Positions 59,808 through 64,000 of a stretch of DNA of 64,000 nucleotides are shown piece after piece. The notes under the pieces are model-generated. The model did no database searches. It was not told the origin of the DNA and saw only the letters and a list, made by a program, of their open reading frames with translations. The stretch is taken from positions 6,044-70,043 of the forward strand of contig CAKOOS010000004.1 in NCBI GenBank assembly GCA_934098735.1, written 5' to 3'. Both the position numbers and the translations under genes were made by a program. This DNA is from an uncultured Bacilli bacterium (GTDB taxonomy: Bacteria; Bacillota_I; Bacilli_A; RF39; UBA660). Positions within the stretch are counted from its first letter, which is position 1; every line of letters begins with the position of its first letter.

Positions 59808-60724
59808 TTTACTCCTCCTATTATCGAAGGCCTTATTTCATAATCTAAGGTATTTATTTTTATAAATGTTGCTTTACTAAATTTAATAAAGCCATAACCT
59901 TTTATAATTAAATCACTGTTACTTGGCACTGCTACATCACATAACACATTTTCTTTTTCTCTTCTTTTATCAATACTTATAGTATTACTCATATAAATTG
60001 TTAAATTAGAATTGCTTTGAATATTTAATTTTAAATTATTTATTTTTAAATAATATTTATTTTCTAGTTGATATACAATTGGCTTAATTAAATTTTTAGG
60101 TACATTTTCTCTTTTAAAGTGACTCATAAAACCTGGAGCATCATATATAGTTACACCATCTACATTTAGTCTTATAAAATCTTGAGTTGTGTTACTTTTA
60201 TGGCTTACAGTAATATTACTACCAACTAACGAATTAATTAAACTACTTTTTCCTGCATTAGTAAATCCTGCAAATAAAACATTTTTTTCTTCTAAGCAAA
60301 TATTTCTTATTTCATTTAAATTTACCCTATTTTTACTACATATTAAAATATTTTCTTTTATATCATATATGTCTTTTATATTTTCTACTAAAGTATTTAT
60401 TTTAATATTTTTAGGAATTATATCACATTTTGTTAGCACTAAAGTTTTATAATTAGTAATACTTTTATAGGTATCTATTACCTCTTTATCTAAATTCAAA
60501 AAATCCACAATAAATAATACATAAGATTTTTTCTTATTTATTTTTGAAAGAATCTCTTTATTATCTATAACTACACCTTCATTTGTTAAAACATTGTAAT
60601 TTTTTAGTTTAAAACAACGCATGCACAAATCATTTTCTAACTTTGGGGTATATCCTACTTTTTCAGGATCTAGATTTTGAAGGCGTATTCCACATCCTTT
60701 ACATTTAGTCATAATATTCACCAC
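59804..60724 (-). CDS. yqeH: Ribosome biogenesis GTPase YqeH (N-terminal zinc ribbon, circularly permuted GTPase)
   Basis: CKGCGIRLQ...CMRCF followed by the order G4, G1 (GFTNAGKSS), G3. Confidence 0.8.
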   Translation of the reverse strand: MVNIMTKCKGCGIRLQNLDPEKVGYTPKLENDLCMRCFKLKNYNVLTNEGVVIDNKEILSKINKKKSYVLFIVDFLNLDKEVIDTYKSITNYKTLVLTKCDIIPKNIKINTLVENIKDIYDIKENILICSKNRVNLNEIRNICLEEKNVLFAGFTNAGKSSLINSLVGSNITVSHKSNTTQDFIRLNVDGVTIYDAPGFMSHFKRENVPKNLIKPIVYQLENKYYLKINNLKLNIQSNSNLTIYMSNTISIDKRREKENVLCDVAVPSNSDLIIKGYGFIKFSKATFIKINTLDYEIRPSIIGGVK

Positions 60725-61226
60725 TTATCAGAATATTTTTTTTAGCTAATCTTTTTAAAATAAAACTTTCAAAAAAACGATTAAATTTAGTAAATATTAC
60801 TTCATATTTGGCTATTCTATTTACTAAAATGCTAGTGAATCCCATACGATTTGCTCCCAAAACATCGGTCATTAACTGATCTCCAATACAAGCCACTTCA
60901 TCTATTTTAAACCTGTAAATATCAAGAATTTTTTGATATTTTCCTTTTAAGGGCTTTTTACTACTAAAAGCAACATCTACGTTTAACTTTTCTTTAAATG
61001 GTCTTAAACGATTTTTGCCACTATTAGATATAATTATTACTTTAAAATCATCTTCTAATCTAGCAAATAATTCTTTAACTTTAAGATCTGGTTCACTTAC
61101 TTTATAAGGAGCGATGGTATTATCTAAGTCAAAAAGCAAACACTTAATTCCATTTCTTTTTAATTTTTTATAATTAATCGTGTAAATACTTTGAGCATAC
61201 ACATCAGGTATAAATAAATCCAACAT
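60705..61226 (-). CDS. yqeG: YqeG-type HAD-superfamily phosphatase
   Basis: DLDNT motif. Conserved neighbour of yqeH. Confidence 0.7.
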   Translation of the reverse strand: MLDLFIPDVYAQSIYTINYKKLKRNGIKCLLFDLDNTIAPYKVSEPDLKVKELFARLEDDFKVIIISNSGKNRLRPFKEKLNVDVAFSSKKPLKGKYQKILDIYRFKIDEVACIGDQLMTDVLGANRMGFTSILVNRIAKYEVIFTKFNRFFESFILKRLAKKNILISGEYYD

Positions 61227-61395
61227 TTTTAATCACTCCTTTATCCGTTATATTTTATCATAAATTAATTAATTTAATCAATATTTAAAAAAAGAACTAA
61301 CATATAAGGCAAAATAAAAATTTTGAGCAATCCTAAATTATCTAGTTTTCATATGCAGCTTTTTTAGATAAGAATCCTTAATATATTTTTAAAAT

Positions 61396-61459
61396 AAAAA
61401 AATCAATCATTACGATTGTTTTTTCTATATCAAGTTCGAATAGATCCATCAATGGTGCG
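61396..61459. repeat. Direct repeat B, copy 1 (AAAAAAATCAATCATTACGAYTGWTTTTTCTATATCAAGTTCGAATAG...CATCAATGGTGC)
   Basis: About 85% identical to copy 2 at 62996..63068. Copy 1 lacks about 12 nt of the internal palindrome. Confidence 0.6.
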
Positions 61460-61562
61460 ATAGTTAAGATAGTCAGAAACCATCACAACAAATAAATAAA
61501 AAATTTAATTCTATAATCATTACACGATGACTTTAATTAATTTTGATAAATGATTTTTATAA

Positions 61563-61610
61563 AAATGAAAAAGACCTAGGGCTTCAAAAGTTTCCTAGGC
61601 ACATTTCAAT
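61563..61610 (-). terminator. 48-bp hairpin element A, copy 1: CCTAGG-N13-CCTAGG stem-loop followed by a U-rich tract on the minus strand. It is the 3' terminator of the Abi gene.
   Basis: 47 of 48 nt identical to copy 2 at 62537..62584. Confidence 0.55.
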
Positions 61611-61628
61611 ATTATTATATGCTATAAA

Positions 61629-62522
61629 TTAATATTTATACACATAATAATCCTTATCAAACCCCATTACTTTTAATACTTCATCAATAGTAATTGAAGT
61701 TAAATTATCTTTTAATGTATCTAATTCTTTTGCAATTAAATTCTTCATTTCAATTGCTTGATCATTTTCCAATAATAGCTCTAATGATCTAATTATTATA
61801 TACATATTTGTATGTAATGCTTTATTTGGTGATTTTTTAGTTTTATCTAATCTAATATAGAAAGTACTTCTATAAGTATATAATCTATCATCATGAGCTG
61901 ATATATTACGAACTGATGTTAAATTACCAAGTATATTTTTTAATATCCTATCATTTATATGGAATTGTTTACTAATTTCTTGTCTATCTTGTTGTTTCAT
62001 TAAGCCATAAAACTTACTAATAGTTCCAAGAGATAAGATTTTAGTAATAACCCAAGGTGGAACAAATCCATATTTACTCATATAATGGGTTATTGCATCA
62101 TGTTTACCATTTCCTTTATTAATTTCATTTTTAATTTCTTCAATTAATTTTTCTATATGTTCTAAGTTAGAATTATCATCTTTTAAATCAAAATTATTAA
62201 TATTTAAATAATTTTCTAATCCATGCTTTTCAGCAAATAAATTTGCAATTTTAGTTTTTATTACTGCCTCTATTTCAAGTATATATTTAAGCATTATTAT
62301 CTTTAAGCTTTTGTCAAACTTATACATTGCAAATATTTCTTCAAATGAGGCATTATCTTTATACTTTTCTCCTATTTTGAATATCCATTTATAAGAGTTT
62401 ATTATTGAATAGTAAGAATACTTTTCAATTAAATATCTAACACTGTTTTCATCTTTTATTGATACACTTTTTGAATTTAATATTTCTATTAATTCATTTG
62501 TTGATTTAAATACTTTAGCCAT
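61629..62522 (-). CDS. Abi_2 family (AbiD/AbiF-like) abortive infection protein
   Basis: N-terminal MAKVFKSTNELIEILNSKSVSI and internal VPPWVITKILSLGTISKFY match the Abi_2 family pattern. An AAGGAGGT Shine-Dalgarno precedes the start. Confidence 0.65.
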   Translation of the reverse strand: MAKVFKSTNELIEILNSKSVSIKDENSVRYLIEKYSYYSIINSYKWIFKIGEKYKDNASFEEIFAMYKFDKSLKIIMLKYILEIEAVIKTKIANLFAEKHGLENYLNINNFDLKDDNSNLEHIEKLIEEIKNEINKGNGKHDAITHYMSKYGFVPPWVITKILSLGTISKFYGLMKQQDRQEISKQFHINDRILKNILGNLTSVRNISAHDDRLYTYRSTFYIRLDKTKKSPNKALHTNMYIIIRSLELLLENDQAIEMKNLIAKELDTLKDNLTSITIDEVLKVMGFDKDYYVYKY

Positions 62523-62536
62523 TTTTACCTCCTTAT

Positions 62537-62584
62537 AAATGAAAAAGACCTAGGGCTTCAAAAGTTTCCTAGGCACATCTCAAT
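62537..62584 (-). repeat. 48-bp hairpin element A, copy 2. It lies in the 5' leader of the Abi gene, between a putative promoter (TTGCAA, 18-nt spacer, TATATT, at 62589-62618) and the Shine-Dalgarno.
   Basis: Same CCTAGG hairpin plus U tract as copy 1. Confidence 0.55.
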
Positions 62585-62995
62585 TGGTAATATACACTAT
62601 TTATAAATAAATTGCAATACTATTGAATAAATTTCTAATCATAATCTATACTAACTGATATTTTATCTCTCGCAACACATATTCCATCCTTTATAATATA
62701 ACTTCAACTAACTTTTTAATAAATATCGTATGGTTTTGGATTATCTGTTTGTGGATATTTTTTTAAGTATCTCTTATTTCTTAAAAGTTGGGATTGTCCA
62801 TTACTTTCATAATCATCAAATCTTTCAAACACTTCTTATATGAATAACATCTATATCTAATAATTGGTTTTGCTCTACAAAACTCACAAATAAATTCTAA
62901 TTTCTTTCTTAACGATTCTTCCATTCTAACTTTTTACTTGATAACATTTATCATTTTAATCAATCCTTTCTTTGAAAGCCTTTTTTCAAAACAAG

Positions 62996-63068
62996 AAAAA
63001 AATCAATCATTACGACTGATTTTTCTATATCAAAGTTCGAATAGTTCGAACAAATTCATCAATGGTGC
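62996..63068. repeat. Direct repeat B, copy 2, containing the perfect palindrome GTTCGAA-TAG-TTCGAAC
   Basis: See copy 1. The two copies bracket a segment of about 1.6 kb holding the Abi gene and a degraded ORF. Confidence 0.6.
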
Positions 63069-63184
63069 CAGCAAGGAGCAGGTCTAACAACTCCTAGGCT
63101 AAAAGATGATAGTAAGTAATAAACTTACTAACTATATTTATAATACCATAAAATATAAAATAATTAAATTATTTTTAAATACAT

Positions 63185-64000
63185 TTATCTTTTTTTACCA
63201 GTTAAAGTATTACCATTTGTAAATCCAATATTTATTTTAGTCTCATTTGCTAGTCCACTCAAAATTGGGTCACCAGAACTTTCATACTTTGTTAAAATAT
63301 CTGATATCATATCATATTCAATATTTCCATTAAAAGCTTTAAATAAATGATTAAACATATCTTGATAGTTCCAATAAGCATATTTAGGATTAGAAAACTC
63401 TTCAATTTTATATTCTGGATATTTTTTATTAATTATTGTTACAAGTTCTCTTTCCTTATAAACTAAACTAGCAACATTCTTAAATTTTTCTAAATATTTC
63501 TTTTGTAATGTTTCTTGATTATTATAATTAAAGTTTGTTTTTGTTTCTTTTAATTGTGAAAAATCAAGTTTTGATAATGAATTAATAAATTTTTTTTCCA
63601 AATGATAAGTATTATATATATTCATCATTAAATTTGTTATTTGATTTTTACTTAAAGTGTCATTTATCAAGTGTGATTTTAATACACTATACCCTTCATT
63701 TAAAATATAACCAGATAATTCGCATGACATAATATTTTCATCATTACCAGTATTATTTTTGCTTGTCAAATTATTATCAAACATAATTGTAGTTTTAACA
63801 TTTCCACTTTCATCAAATATTTTACTCATCATTGGATAATATTCTATTATTTTTTTAAAATAACTTTTATAATTTTCATTTGTATCAATATTGTATTTTA
63901 TCTCTTTAATATCAGTAGCAAAAAATCTTTCATTAGAATTAAATTTTGTTTGAATTGCACGTCTAGCAAATACTGACTCTTTATTTTGTATGCATTTATG
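63185..64000 (-). CDS. Hypothetical protein. The frame stays open to the window end, so the gene probably extends beyond 64000; the track start at 63832 is only the first in-window ATG.
   Basis: Hand translation shows no stop upstream of MMSKIF in the same frame up to the window edge. Confidence 0.35.
   Translation of the reverse strand, partial: HKCIQNKESVFARRAIQTKFNSNERFFATDIKEIKYNIDTNENYKSYFKKIIEYYPMMSKIFDESGNVKTTIMFDNNLTSKNNTGNDENIMSCELSGYILNEGYSVLKSHLINDTLSKNQITNLMMNIYNTYHLEKKFINSLSKLDFSQLKETKTNFNYNNQETLQKKYLEKFKNVASLVYKERELVTIINKKYPEYKIEEFSNPKYAYWNYQDMFNHLFKAFNGNIEYDMISDILTKYESSGDPILSGLANETKINIGFTNGNTLTGKKR

Noticed and set aside
61430-63070. GTTCGAAT motif in repeat B as a tRNA T-arm or tRNA 3'-end fragment (att site)
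   Set aside because: Neither strand yields a T-stem, an acceptor stem or a proper CCA context. In copy 2 the motif is simply half of a perfect palindrome.

Overview
This is an AT-rich (roughly 25-30% GC by eye) chromosomal segment from a low-GC Firmicute. Long ORFs such as polC and dnaK are intact under the standard genetic code. Sporulation synteny (spoIVFA-spoIVFB-rplU-prp-rpmA, ysxE-spoVID, a spoVD-like PBP) points to an endospore former. Almost all genes are on the minus strand. The core content is obg/L27/Prp/L21, mreCD, recD2, mtaB, the hrcA-grpE-dnaK-tldD/pmbA-dnaJ heat-shock operon with a CIRCE operator, tandem dnaE-polC, L28, the dcw cell-division cluster (mraZ-rsmH-ftsL-pbpB ... spoVD-mraY-ftsW), floA/nfeD, L32/yceD, mutL and yqeH/yqeG. 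Two accessory regions stand out. (1) An island of about 9.4 kb (about 39.6-49.1 kb) is inserted between the two tandem PBP genes of the dcw cluster. It carries a frameshifted serine-recombinase remnant, a NUDIX/histidine-phosphatase/deoxynucleoside-kinase-like gene set, a calcium-binding repeat membrane protein, and a three-gene operon built around a membrane-anchored, coiled-coil McrB-family AAA+ GTPase. No recognisable McrC partner accompanies the GTPase, and this operon is the best candidate for an undescribed defence-type system. (2) A cassette of about 1.6 kb (61.4-63.1 kb) holds an Abi_2-family abortive-infection gene. The gene is bracketed by two copies of a 48-bp hairpin element, and the cassette is nested inside a second pair of about 65-75-bp direct repeats. 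No rRNA, tRNA or CRISPR array was found.
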